From contig JAYGCM010000056.1 in the NCBI GenBank assembly GCA_046583355.1, positions 1 to 48,580 on the forward strand: a stretch of DNA of 48,580 nt, written 5' to 3'. The stretch comes from Deltaproteobacteria bacterium. Lineage in GTDB: Bacteria > Desulfobacterota > Binatia > UBA12015. Of the stretch, positions 1-8,760 are shown piece by piece. The position numbers and the translations under genes were made by a program. Below the pieces are notes generated by a model. It did no database searches, was not told where the DNA came from, and was given only the letters and a program-made list of their open reading frames with translations. Position 1 is the first letter of the stretch. Each line of letters opens with the position of its first letter.

Positions 1-1
1 A

Positions 2-1120
2 ACCTTCTACAGCAGGCTCTTCGGTGCCTCGATCGTCACTCGCTACGATGATGTGCTCGAAGCCCTGCAACACCCGGCACTGAGTGCCGACCGCAGCGAC
101 ACGGCCATCTTTCGTCTGATCCGCTGGTTCAACCGCAACGAACCCGAGTTCCTGGGCTTCTTTGAAAGAAATCTCCTGATGCTCGAGGGCGCCGACCATC
201 GGCGCCTGCGCGGCCCGGTGAGCAGAGCCTTCACGCCGCGCCGGGTTGCGGCCCTGCGCCCGCGTCTCGAGGCCTTGGCCGAAGACCTTCTCGACAAGGC
301 CGCCGCGAAGGGGGAAATCGATCTTGTGCATGACTTCGCCTATCCCTTCCCGGTGATGGCGATTGCCGAGATGCTCGGCGTCCCGGCGGCGGACCGCAAG
401 CAATTTCACCGCTGGAGCGCCGATCTCGTCCAGGTCCTCGACCCGCTGCAGGGGCACGATGGGGCCGAGCCCATGCGGCGAGCGACTCGGGAACTCTACG
501 CCTATTTCCGCCCGCTGCTCCAAGCCCGCCGCGCCGAGCCGACCGATGACCTGATGTCAGCCATGATTGCGGCCGAAGACAAGGGCGAGCGGCTCGAGGA
601 GAGCGACCTTCTCGCGCTTTGTGTCCTGCTTCTCGTGGCCGGCCATGAGACGACGGCCAATCTGATCGGCAACTCGGTTGTCGCGCTTTTGCGCAATCCC
701 GCCGAGCGCGAGCGGCTGACGCGTGAACCCGAACTCCTACCTACGGCAATCAATGAGTTCCTGCGCTACGACAGCCCGATTGTTCTCACCGACCGTGCCG
801 TGATCGAGGATTGCGAGTTGGGCGGCAGGAGGATGCGCAAGGGGCAGTTGGTCGGCATCGCGCTGGCTGCGGCCAATCGAGATCCGGCGCAATTCGCCAA
901 CCCCGATAGGCTCGATGTCGGTCGCGATCCCAACCCGCACCTGGCGCTCAGTCACGGTGGGCATTTCTGTCTCGGCGCGCAGCTCGCCCGGCTCGAAGGC
1001 GAGATCGCAATCGGCGCTCTGCTGCGGCGTTTTCCGGATTTCCGCGGGCCCGAGAATCCCCCGCAATGGCGACGCTCCATGGTTCTGCGCGGCCCCGCCT
1101 CGCTTCCCTTGCGACTTTAG
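2..1120 (+). CDS. Cytochrome P450 (5' end outside window)
   Basis: Frame is open from base 2. I-helix AGHETT, K-helix EFLR (ExxR), heme-ligand segment LSHGGHFCLGAQLAR. Confidence 0.95.
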   Translation, partial: TFYSRLFGASIVTRYDDVLEALQHPALSADRSDTAIFRLIRWFNRNEPEFLGFFERNLLMLEGADHRRLRGPVSRAFTPRRVAALRPRLEALAEDLLDKAAAKGEIDLVHDFAYPFPVMAIAEMLGVPAADRKQFHRWSADLVQVLDPLQGHDGAEPMRRATRELYAYFRPLLQARRAEPTDDLMSAMIAAEDKGERLEESDLLALCVLLLVAGHETTANLIGNSVVALLRNPAERERLTREPELLPTAINEFLRYDSPIVLTDRAVIEDCELGGRRMRKGQLVGIALAAANRDPAQFANPDRLDVGRDPNPHLALSHGGHFCLGAQLARLEGEIAIGALLRRFPDFRGPENPPQWRRSMVLRGPASLPLRL

Positions 1121-1122
1121 AT

Positions 1123-2454
1123 CTACGCGGTCTTCGGTGCGGGGGGATCGGTCTCCGCGTAGCGCGCCACCACGGCGGCCGCCGCCGAGTCGCTCCAGAC
1201 ATTTACCGTCGTGCGGCACATATCCAGGATCCGGTCGACGGCGAGGATGAGGCCGACCGCCGAGGTGGGCAGGCCGACGGCGCTGAGCACCACCAGCATC
1301 ATCACGGTCCCGGCATGCGGGATGCCGGCGGCACCGATGCTGGCGAGCAATGCCGTAAAGGCGACGATCAGCTGCTGGGTCATCGTCAACTCGAGGCCTG
1401 TCACCTGGGCGATGAAGAGCACCGCCACCACCTCGTAGAGTGCCGTGCCGTCCATATTGATCGTGGCTCCGAGCGGCAGCACAAACGAGCTGATCTGGTT
1501 GCTGACGCCGGCGCGTTTCTCGACGCAATTCATCGTCAGTGGCAGCGTGCCGTTACTCGATGCCGTGCTGAATGCCGTCACCAATGCCGGTGCCATGGCC
1601 TGTGCGTGCGCCAGCGGCGACCGTCGCGCGAAAAATTTCAGGATGAGTGGCAATGTGATGCCGGCATGGATGGCGAGGGCCAGAAAGACGGTCAGGGCGT
1701 AGAGCCCGAGTGCTCGGAAGGCGTCGAGGCCTTTGCCGGCCGCGGCGAAGAGCATGAAGCCGAGTACACCGATCGGGGCAAGCTTCACGACGAAGAGCGT
1801 CATGCGCATCGTCACGTCGAAGAGGCTGTTGAAGAACCCGCGCAGCACGCGGGCGGACTCGGGGCCTTTGCCGGTGACGTGCTCGGAACCTGCGGTCTCA
1901 TGCTCGGCGGCGTTGATGAAGACGCCGAGGAAGAGCGAGAAGAAGATGATCGGCAGCATCGCGCCATCGGCAGCAGCTTTTATCGCGTTCTTCGGGATCA
2001 TATGGTTCAGCTGCGCCCAGAGAACTTGGCCGAGGCTGAGGTTCTGTTGCAGGGCGGCCGCGGGCAGGGCGGTGCCCTCGGCGTTGGCTTCGAGCAGCCC
2101 GAGGTCCACGCCGACGCCCGGCGAGATCAGGTTCACCATCACGAGGCCGGTGGCGATCGCGATCATGCTGGTGGACAAATAGAAGATGACGGTCCGGCGG
2201 CCGAGTCGGCCCAGCTGGCGTAGATTGCCCATGCCGGTCACGCCCGTGATCAGCGAGGAGACGATCAGCGGCACCACCAGCATCTGCAACAGGCGCAGCC
2301 AAAGATCCCCGACGGCCTTGCCGCCCTCGGCTACCTGGCGCACGAGGACGGGGTCGATGGTGCCGCGCGCGCCCATGACGTTCAGGGTAAGTCCGACGCC
2401 GGCGCCGACGCCCATCGCCATGAGGATCCAATGATGCAATTTGAGGCGGCTCAT
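1123..2454 (-). CDS. Dicarboxylate/amino acid:cation symporter (SDF/DAACS family, GltP/DctA-like)
   Basis: Many hydrophobic helices; signature motifs FSTASSNGTLP and GATINMDGT. Confidence 0.95.
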   Translation of the reverse strand: MSRLKLHHWILMAMGVGAGVGLTLNVMGARGTIDPVLVRQVAEGGKAVGDLWLRLLQMLVVPLIVSSLITGVTGMGNLRQLGRLGRRTVIFYLSTSMIAIATGLVMVNLISPGVGVDLGLLEANAEGTALPAAALQQNLSLGQVLWAQLNHMIPKNAIKAAADGAMLPIIFFSLFLGVFINAAEHETAGSEHVTGKGPESARVLRGFFNSLFDVTMRMTLFVVKLAPIGVLGFMLFAAAGKGLDAFRALGLYALTVFLALAIHAGITLPLILKFFARRSPLAHAQAMAPALVTAFSTASSNGTLPLTMNCVEKRAGVSNQISSFVLPLGATINMDGTALYEVVAVLFIAQVTGLELTMTQQLIVAFTALLASIGAAGIPHAGTVMMLVVLSAVGLPTSAVGLILAVDRILDMCRTTVNVWSDSAAAAVVARYAETDPPAPKTA

Positions 2455-2539
2455 AGGGCCGGAGTATGGCCGATGCCGCCCCGCCTTGTCGAACGTCCCG
2501 TGCGGACCTCCGGTGTCGCCATCGTAGAATCACCATGGT

Positions 2540-2565
2540 GTGACTTTACTCATGAGTAAAGTCAC
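2540..2565. promoter_or_regulatory. Perfect 26-bp palindrome, probable repressor operator
   Basis: GTGACTTTACTCATGAGTAAAGTCAC is its own reverse complement. It is AT-rich and lies in the divergent symporter/thiolase intergenic region. Confidence 0.75.
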
Positions 2566-2626
2566 CTATATGTGGTTTTGCTCGTTATGGATCGAGACGC
2601 CGAACGCCTCGCGAGGCCTGCCTCGA

Positions 2627-2686
2627 CCTGTCCAGCCGTCGCGAGCAGCGTTCACCTGCCGTTGTGCTTTTCGGCCGGATCTCTAG
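2627..2686 (+). repeat. Degenerate half-copy (arm) of the CTAG-bounded fold-back element
   Basis: Ends in TGCTTTTCGGCCGGATCTCTAG, 21/22 identical to the reverse complement of 42152-42173. 2660-2689 matches 45322-45351 at 27/30. Confidence 0.8.
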
Positions 2687-2689
2687 GCT
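2662..2689 (+). promoter_or_regulatory. Putative sigma70 promoter of the thiolase, possibly leaderless
   Basis: TTGTGC-16 nt-TAGGCT ending 6 nt before ATG 2696; no Shine-Dalgarno in between. Confidence 0.5.
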
Positions 2690-2695
2690 GCCCTC

Positions 2696-3904
2696 ATGAG
2701 ACAAACGGCGATATTGGGTGGTTACCAATCGGATTTTGCTCGTAATTTCGACCGCGAGGGGTCAGAGATCGGCGCGCTGGCACGCGAGGTCGTGATGGGA
2801 ACCCTGGAGAATGCCGGCATCGGGCCGGATGCGGTCGAGAGCATTCATGTCGGCAACGCTTTCGCCGAGCTCTACACGGGCCAGGGCCACCTCGGTGCGA
2901 TGCCGGCAACGGTGGTCCCCGAGCTCTGGGGCATTCCCGCGATGCGCCATGAGGCGGCCTGTGCCTCGGGGTCGCTTGCGGTGTTGACCGCGATGGCCGA
3001 GATCGAAGCCGGCCGCTACGATTGCGTACTCGCGCTGGGCATCGAGCAGGAGAAGACCATGCCTGGGCCCCAGGCCGCCGAGGTCCAATCGGCAGCCGCC
3101 CTGGTCGGCCGGGAAGAGAAATCCGCGTCGATCTGGCCGTGTATGTTTGACCAGGTCGCCGAGGAATACGACAAGCGTTACGGCATCGACGAGCGCCACC
3201 TGCGCGCGATCGGGGAGCTCAATCTTGGCAACGCCAAAGCCAACCCGAAGGCTCAGACGCGCAGCTGGAAGCTCACGGAGCGAAGCTTCGCAGCCGACGA
3301 TGAAATGAATCCGGTAATTGCCGGGCGTTTGCGGCGCAACGATTGTTGCCAGATTACCGACGGCGGCGCCGGTGTCGTTCTTGTCTCGGAGCGATGGCTG
3401 GCGGAACACGGCGGCCGCGCGCAGGCCCGGATTATCGGCTGGGGGCATCGCACGGTGGGCCTCGCACTCGCTGATAAATTGGAGCGCAGTCGGGGGGAGA
3501 CCTACGTTATGCCGCATGTTCGCGGCGCGATCGAAGACGCCTTCCAGCGCGCCGGAATCGCGGGTGTGGAGGATCTCGATTGCATCGAGACGCATGATTG
3601 TATGACGCCTTCCGAGTATATGGCGATTGACCATTTCGGCATCACGGCGCCGGGCGAGAGTTGGAAGGCGATCGAAAACGGGGACCTGGAGCGGGGCGGC
3701 CGCATTCCCATGAATCCGAGCGGCGGACTGATCGGTGTCGGCCATCCGGTCGGTGCTACAGGCATTCGCATGCTCGTTGATGTGGCACGCCAGGTTTCCG
3801 CCATGGCCGGCGCGACCCAGGTCGAGAATGCGCGCCGCGCAGCCACGCTCAATATCGGCGGCAGCACTGCCACGACCGTCAGTTTCGTCGTTGAACGAAG
3901 CTGA
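2696..3904 (+). CDS. Acetyl-CoA acetyltransferase (SCP-x-type thiolase)
   Basis: EAACASG catalytic Cys, ETHDC and GHPVGATG motifs. Confidence 0.92.
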   Translation: MRQTAILGGYQSDFARNFDREGSEIGALAREVVMGTLENAGIGPDAVESIHVGNAFAELYTGQGHLGAMPATVVPELWGIPAMRHEAACASGSLAVLTAMAEIEAGRYDCVLALGIEQEKTMPGPQAAEVQSAAALVGREEKSASIWPCMFDQVAEEYDKRYGIDERHLRAIGELNLGNAKANPKAQTRSWKLTERSFAADDEMNPVIAGRLRRNDCCQITDGGAGVVLVSERWLAEHGGRAQARIIGWGHRTVGLALADKLERSRGETYVMPHVRGAIEDAFQRAGIAGVEDLDCIETHDCMTPSEYMAIDHFGITAPGESWKAIENGDLERGGRIPMNPSGGLIGVGHPVGATGIRMLVDVARQVSAMAGATQVENARRAATLNIGGSTATTVSFVVERS

Positions 3905-3908
3905 ATAT

Positions 3909-4658
3909 TTATAAGGACAGCCCGGCGTCCATGAGGATGATCTGGCCGGTCATGATGTCGCTTTGGATGATGGACAGGCTCATATCGGCGACGTCCTGGG
4001 CCGTCGCGACGCGGGAGAGGAGGGCCTTTTCGGTGACGAATTCTTTTACGAATTCGTACTCGGGGCGCTCCTGCCACCAGCGGGTGTCGATGAAGCCGGG
4101 GGCGACGGCGTTGACGCGCACGCCTTTGGGGCCGAGGACACGCGCCATCGAGAGGGTGAGGTTGTTGATCGCGGCCTTGGAGGCGCAATAGGGAATCGAG
4201 CTGCCGGTCGCGTGCACGCCGGCAACGCTCGAGACGTTGAGAATAGCGCCGCCCGTCTTCTCCAGGTGCGGCCGCGCAGCGCGGATCGCGTAGAAGGTGC
4301 CCATCAGGTTCACGTCAAGGACGCGGCGCCACATATCGTCTTCGAGTGCTTCAAGGTCGTCATGCGGTACATGCACGGTGGTGCCGGCGTTGTTGACCAG
4401 AACGTCCAAGCCGCCCAATTCTGCGACGACGGAATCGACCATCCTGCGCACCGCGGCGTCGTCTGCGACGTCGGCCTGAATCGCGACCGAGCGCCGACCC
4501 ATCGCGCGGATCTCGCCTGCCGTCTCCTCGGCCTCGGCGCCGGAGCGTGAATAATTGATTGCGACATTCGCACCCGCCTTGGCGAGAGAGAGTGCGATTG
4601 CCTTACCCGTGCCGACGCCGCCACCGGTGACCAGAGCAGCCTTATCGTTGAGATCCAT
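3909..4658 (-). CDS. Short-chain dehydrogenase/reductase
   Basis: TGGGVGTG, NNAG, YCASK and VNAVAPG motifs. Confidence 0.95.
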   Translation of the reverse strand: MDLNDKAALVTGGGVGTGKAIALSLAKAGANVAINYSRSGAEAEETAGEIRAMGRRSVAIQADVADDAAVRRMVDSVVAELGGLDVLVNNAGTTVHVPHDDLEALEDDMWRRVLDVNLMGTFYAIRAARPHLEKTGGAILNVSSVAGVHATGSSIPYCASKAAINNLTLSMARVLGPKGVRVNAVAPGFIDTRWWQERPEYEFVKEFVTEKALLSRVATAQDVADMSLSIIQSDIMTGQIILMDAGLSL

Positions 4659-4688
4659 GCAGCCAGCACCTACCCCACGCCTGCCGGA

Positions 4689-6713
4689 TCAGCGAATCTG
4701 GACCTCGCGCGCGGCAATCGGCCGGCCCAGCGCCTGCGGGATCAACTCGACGCGCCAGTGGCCGTCGGGCACGGCCGCCGGGACGCGCAGCGCATGGCGA
4801 AGGGCACCGCCCGGCCCGAGTGCGACGATGGGCAAGAGGGGCAGCCGGAAGCTGTGCGGCGGATCGCCTTCGCGGCTGGTCCATCGTACCTCGAAGGGCT
4901 GTGGGCGCAGCGGGTCGGGCAGCCGGAAGGTCCGGGCAGAGGCATTCTCGATGCCAAACTCGATAGTCGCGTAGCCGGAGTCGCGGCGTACCGGCGTGGG
5001 CGGCGAGGCCTCTTGGGCGCTGCGCAGGTCGGCCCAGTCGAAGCTGGGTTGAGGCTCGGCAGAGAGCTGGTAGAGAGCGAATTCTCCGGCGCGATCGATG
5101 AGTTCGATTCCCGGCGACAGGTCGCCTTGGGCAAGCGGTCGCAGGCTGGCCTCCAGGGCGGGCTTTTGGCGGGCATGGTCGACCAGGAGGTTGGCAAAGC
5201 CGAGGGAGACCAGCGCGTCGATTGCATGTGGCGCCGGGAGCTCGCGGGCGATGCTGCGCACGGCAGCGGCAAGCCCGTTTTCGTGTGAATTGTAGCAGGC
5301 CGAGGTCGGCTGTTTGGTCCATGCTGTCCAGAAGACGCGGTCGGCCCGGCCCATGATCTGCTCGAGCGTCTCGTTCAGGCTGAGAACCGGGCCGGTCGCC
5401 TGGCGTAAGATGCTGGTGATGACCGGATAAGGAGCAATCTCGGTGATCTTGTGGTGGGTGCGGGAGCCCGTGAGGGCGCGCGAGAGATCGTCGTGGAAAC
5501 GCTCTACAATGAAGCCGGTGCTGAGCAGGAGAGCGAGGGCCCAGCCAAAGGCGGTGCTTCGTCGTGCAAAAATATGAGAGAGGCTGATCCCGGCGGCGAT
5601 GCTGAGCGGAATGCTGATCGCTGTGGCCAGTACGGAGAGGGCGCGTACTGAATCGAGTCCGGGCAGGATGCCGTGCAGCAACGCCAGCGGTCCGGGGATG
5701 GTGATGCCTCCGGGCAGCGGTAGTTCCAGGATCGAGCAAAACCAGAGAAATAGCGCTATGCCGAGATAGAACAGTCGGAAATCTGTCTTGCGTTCTTCTC
5801 GAGGCAGCACAGGGAGCAGCAGCGGCCCAAGGAAAGCCAGGCCGACCAAGAGGATGCCGGGAAAGAAGCTCCAGCCGGGCAGGATCTGATACCATAGGCC
5901 GTAGCCACCGTTGGAGGGGGCGCTCGTGCCCCAGATCCGGCTGGTCTCGACGTAGGGAAGGAATACGAAGGCGGCGACGGCCGCGCAGGCGACGCCGGTC
6001 AGCAGAAGCGCCGGCGCGGCGCGACGCAGGCCGGCGCGGCCTGTTCGCACGCTCAGGCCGAACGTCATCATGCCGAGGATGATGGCGGCCGCAAGCATCG
6101 AATAATAACTCTCGAGCAGGCAGAGGGCGCTGGTGAGCATGAGTCCAAGCGCCGCCGTCCATCCGCCGCGCCGGAAGGACTCGTGCAGGCAGAGCAGGGC
6201 CAGGGGAACCCAGAGATCACCGTGGACGTAGGGGTGGATGGTATCGACTACGCGGTCGAGCGTGAAACCGGCGAAGAGTCCGGCGACAAAGGCGGCTGGC
6301 GCGCTGCCGGTGAGTCGGCGCACCAGAGCGAAGGTGCCGATTGCCGGGATCCAGAGCGTGAAGACAAGCATCAGGTTGAAGGCGAGAATCGGCTGCTGGG
6401 TAAGTGCCAGCGGCACGGCGGCCAGCAGGCCGGCACCGAGCATATGTTCGCCGAGTGTCCAGGCATCGGGCATGGGGAAGCAGGTCGCATCGGCCAGCAG
6501 CGAATGCTCGGGGTCGAGCCAGCCCCGCGCAGCATGCGCCACGGTCGCAATGACCATTTTCTGGTCGGTCTCGGTGAAAACCCTGAGAGTCGAGTCGAGG
6601 AAGGGGCGCGTGAGGACCAGCCGCGCCGGAGCAGCGGCGATCCCCGACATCATCCAGAAGATGAGCAGAAGGTAGGCTGCGGCCGCCGCGATGATCGAGC
6701 GCCGGCTACCCAC
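4689..6713 (-). CDS. Polytopic membrane protein, YfhO/GT-C glycosyltransferase-like
   Basis: 674 aa with about 10 hydrophobic segments followed by a soluble C-terminal region; GTG start overlaps the upstream gene's stop. Family call is tentative. Confidence 0.55.
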   Translation of the reverse strand: MGSRRSIIAAAAAYLLLIFWMMSGIAAAPARLVLTRPFLDSTLRVFTETDQKMVIATVAHAARGWLDPEHSLLADATCFPMPDAWTLGEHMLGAGLLAAVPLALTQQPILAFNLMLVFTLWIPAIGTFALVRRLTGSAPAAFVAGLFAGFTLDRVVDTIHPYVHGDLWVPLALLCLHESFRRGGWTAALGLMLTSALCLLESYYSMLAAAIILGMMTFGLSVRTGRAGLRRAAPALLLTGVACAAVAAFVFLPYVETSRIWGTSAPSNGGYGLWYQILPGWSFFPGILLVGLAFLGPLLLPVLPREERKTDFRLFYLGIALFLWFCSILELPLPGGITIPGPLALLHGILPGLDSVRALSVLATAISIPLSIAAGISLSHIFARRSTAFGWALALLLSTGFIVERFHDDLSRALTGSRTHHKITEIAPYPVITSILRQATGPVLSLNETLEQIMGRADRVFWTAWTKQPTSACYNSHENGLAAAVRSIARELPAPHAIDALVSLGFANLLVDHARQKPALEASLRPLAQGDLSPGIELIDRAGEFALYQLSAEPQPSFDWADLRSAQEASPPTPVRRDSGYATIEFGIENASARTFRLPDPLRPQPFEVRWTSREGDPPHSFRLPLLPIVALGPGGALRHALRVPAAVPDGHWRVELIPQALGRPIAAREVQIR

Positions 6714-7179
6714 CGGCCAGTGCTGCGATCATCAGGAAGATGCCGGCGCCAAGGCTGGCGACGTGGACGAGCTGCCAGGCGTAGTGGATGCGCGCGGTCT
6801 TTTCGCTGAAGACGGGGAAGCGCTTGCGGTGTTTTTCGTTCGCCGCACCGTAGAGATCGCCGACGCCGCCGGGGTACTCGGCCCACATCGCCTCGCGAAC
6901 GGCGTGTAAGCGCTCGACATGCAGGCGGCTGCGCTCGTGGTGGTGCAGGCTCGCGAAGAAGCCGTAGAGGCTCAGCGCGATGAGGAAGCCCCCGGCGAGC
7001 AGTGCGTATGCCGCTGTCGGGTCGGCGAGGAGCGCGGCAGCAAGCAGCAATGTCGTTGCCAGGCCGACAAGGCTCGCAACCGATTGGCGGCGGGTGCCGT
7101 GGTAGCGCGCCTGGCGCGCATTCTCTTCATAGAATGCGAGAAGAATCCGCAGCGACGCATCCGAGGGTGTTGCCGACAT
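6706..7179 (-). CDS. Small hypothetical membrane protein (3 predicted TM helices)
   Basis: 157 aa with three hydrophobic stretches; overlaps the next gene by 8 bp. Confidence 0.7.
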   Translation of the reverse strand: MSATPSDASLRILLAFYEENARQARYHGTRRQSVASLVGLATTLLLAAALLADPTAAYALLAGGFLIALSLYGFFASLHHHERSRLHVERLHAVREAMWAEYPGGVGDLYGAANEKHRKRFPVFSEKTARIHYAWQLVHVASLGAGIFLMIAALAGG

Positions 7180-7236
7180 TGGTAGCTTCCTATCGCATCG
7201 AACCCGCCGGGGGAATCGACGTTCTCGGCAATGCTT

Positions 7237-8760
7237 TCAGCTCTCGATGCGCGGGAAAAGGGCGAGCTTGGCCGCGAGTTTGTCGCCGCTTTTGAAGGCC
7301 TCGCCCCAGGGGAGGTCGATATCGTCCCAGGCTGCTTCGCTGAGTCCGAGCGCAACGCGCAGGTTCTCGGACGCGTCGGGCATGAAGGGGGCGATCAATT
7401 GGCCCGCAACCCGAATCGACTCGAGGCAATTGTGCAGGATCGCACCCACCCGTGCCGCTTGGCTTTCGTCTTTGATCAGCTTGAAGGGGGCGGTTTCCAC
7501 AACGTATTTATTGGCCGCGTCGATGCCGCGCCACAACGCCTCAAGGCCGCGGTGAAAGGCAAGGTTGCCGATATGCTTGTCGAGTTCGAGCCGCGCCTGG
7601 GCGAAGGCTTCGGCCAGCCCGTTGTCGATCTCCTCGCGCGGGTCAATGGCCTGCACCTGACTGTCGAAGTATTTCGTCGTCATGGCAAGCGTGCGGCTGG
7701 CGAGATTGCCGAGCCCGTTGGCGAGGTCGGCGTTGAGCCGTGTGACGAGGTTTTCTTCGGTGAAATCCGCATCCTGGCCGAAAGCCATATCGCGCAGCAG
7801 GAAATAACGCAGGCCGTCCATGGTGTAGCGGTCCCGCATGGTGAGCGGCGCGACTACATTGCCAAGGCTCTTGGACATCTTCTGTCCGCCGCTCGACCAG
7901 AAGCCATGCACATTGAGGTGGCGGTAGAGCGGCAGACCGGCGGCCAGAAGCATGCAGGGCCAGAACACGGCATGCGGCTTCAGGATATCCTTGCCGATGA
8001 AATGCTCGGCGCCGGGCCAGAACTCGTCCTGCTTGCCGACATCGTCCAGGCCGCTGATGTAATTCAGCAGAGCGTCAAACCATACATAACAGACGTAATT
8101 ATCGTCAAAGGGGAGTTCGATGCCCCAGCTGAGGCGCTCTTTGGGGCGTGAGATGCAGAGGTCGCCAAGTGGTTCGCGCAGCATCGCAAGCGCTTCCTTG
8201 CGGTAGCCCTCGGGGCGGATGAAATCGGGATTCGCCTCGATATACTCGCGTACCTGGTCCTGGTACTTCGACATCCGGAAGAAATAATTCGGCTCCGACA
8301 TCTCGATAGGCTCGGTTTTATGCTGCGGGCAAAGACCGCCTTCGAGTTCTTTTTCGGTGTAGAGTCGCTCGCAGCCGACGCAATAGAGCCCGGTATACTC
8401 GCCGAAGTAGATATCGTCCTGCTCGTGGATGCGGCTGAGCATGTCTTGGACAAAGCGGATATGGTGCTCGTCCGAAGTGCGAATGAAATAATCGTATTCG
8501 ATGCCGCAGGAGTCCCAGACTGAGCGAAATTTGGCGCTTACCTGGTCGACGAATTCGCGCGGCGTGCTCTCGGCCGCCGCGGCGGCCTCGGCGATTTTTT
8601 CGCCATGCTCGTCGGTGCCGGTCTGGAAAAAGGTCTTGCGCCCGCGTTGGCGGTGGAAGCGTGCCCACGCGTCCGTGACCACATTGGTGTAGGTCGAACC
8701 GAGGTGAGGTTCGGCGTTGACGTAGTAGAGGGGTGTCGTGATGTAGACGGAATCGCTCAA
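7237..8760 (-). CDS. metG: Methionine--tRNA ligase (short form lacking the C-terminal tRNA-binding domain)
   Basis: YITTPLYYVN, HLGS (HIGH-like), TGTDEHG, CVGC...CPQH knuckle, YVWFDAL, KMSKS; TTG start overlaps the upstream stop (TTGA). Confidence 0.97.
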   Translation of the reverse strand: MSDSVYITTPLYYVNAEPHLGSTYTNVVTDAWARFHRQRGRKTFFQTGTDEHGEKIAEAAAAAESTPREFVDQVSAKFRSVWDSCGIEYDYFIRTSDEHHIRFVQDMLSRIHEQDDIYFGEYTGLYCVGCERLYTEKELEGGLCPQHKTEPIEMSEPNYFFRMSKYQDQVREYIEANPDFIRPEGYRKEALAMLREPLGDLCISRPKERLSWGIELPFDDNYVCYVWFDALLNYISGLDDVGKQDEFWPGAEHFIGKDILKPHAVFWPCMLLAAGLPLYRHLNVHGFWSSGGQKMSKSLGNVVAPLTMRDRYTMDGLRYFLLRDMAFGQDADFTEENLVTRLNADLANGLGNLASRTLAMTTKYFDSQVQAIDPREEIDNGLAEAFAQARLELDKHIGNLAFHRGLEALWRGIDAANKYVVETAPFKLIKDESQAARVGAILHNCLESIRVAGQLIAPFMPDASENLRVALGLSEAAWDDIDLPWGEAFKSGDKLAAKLALFPRIES

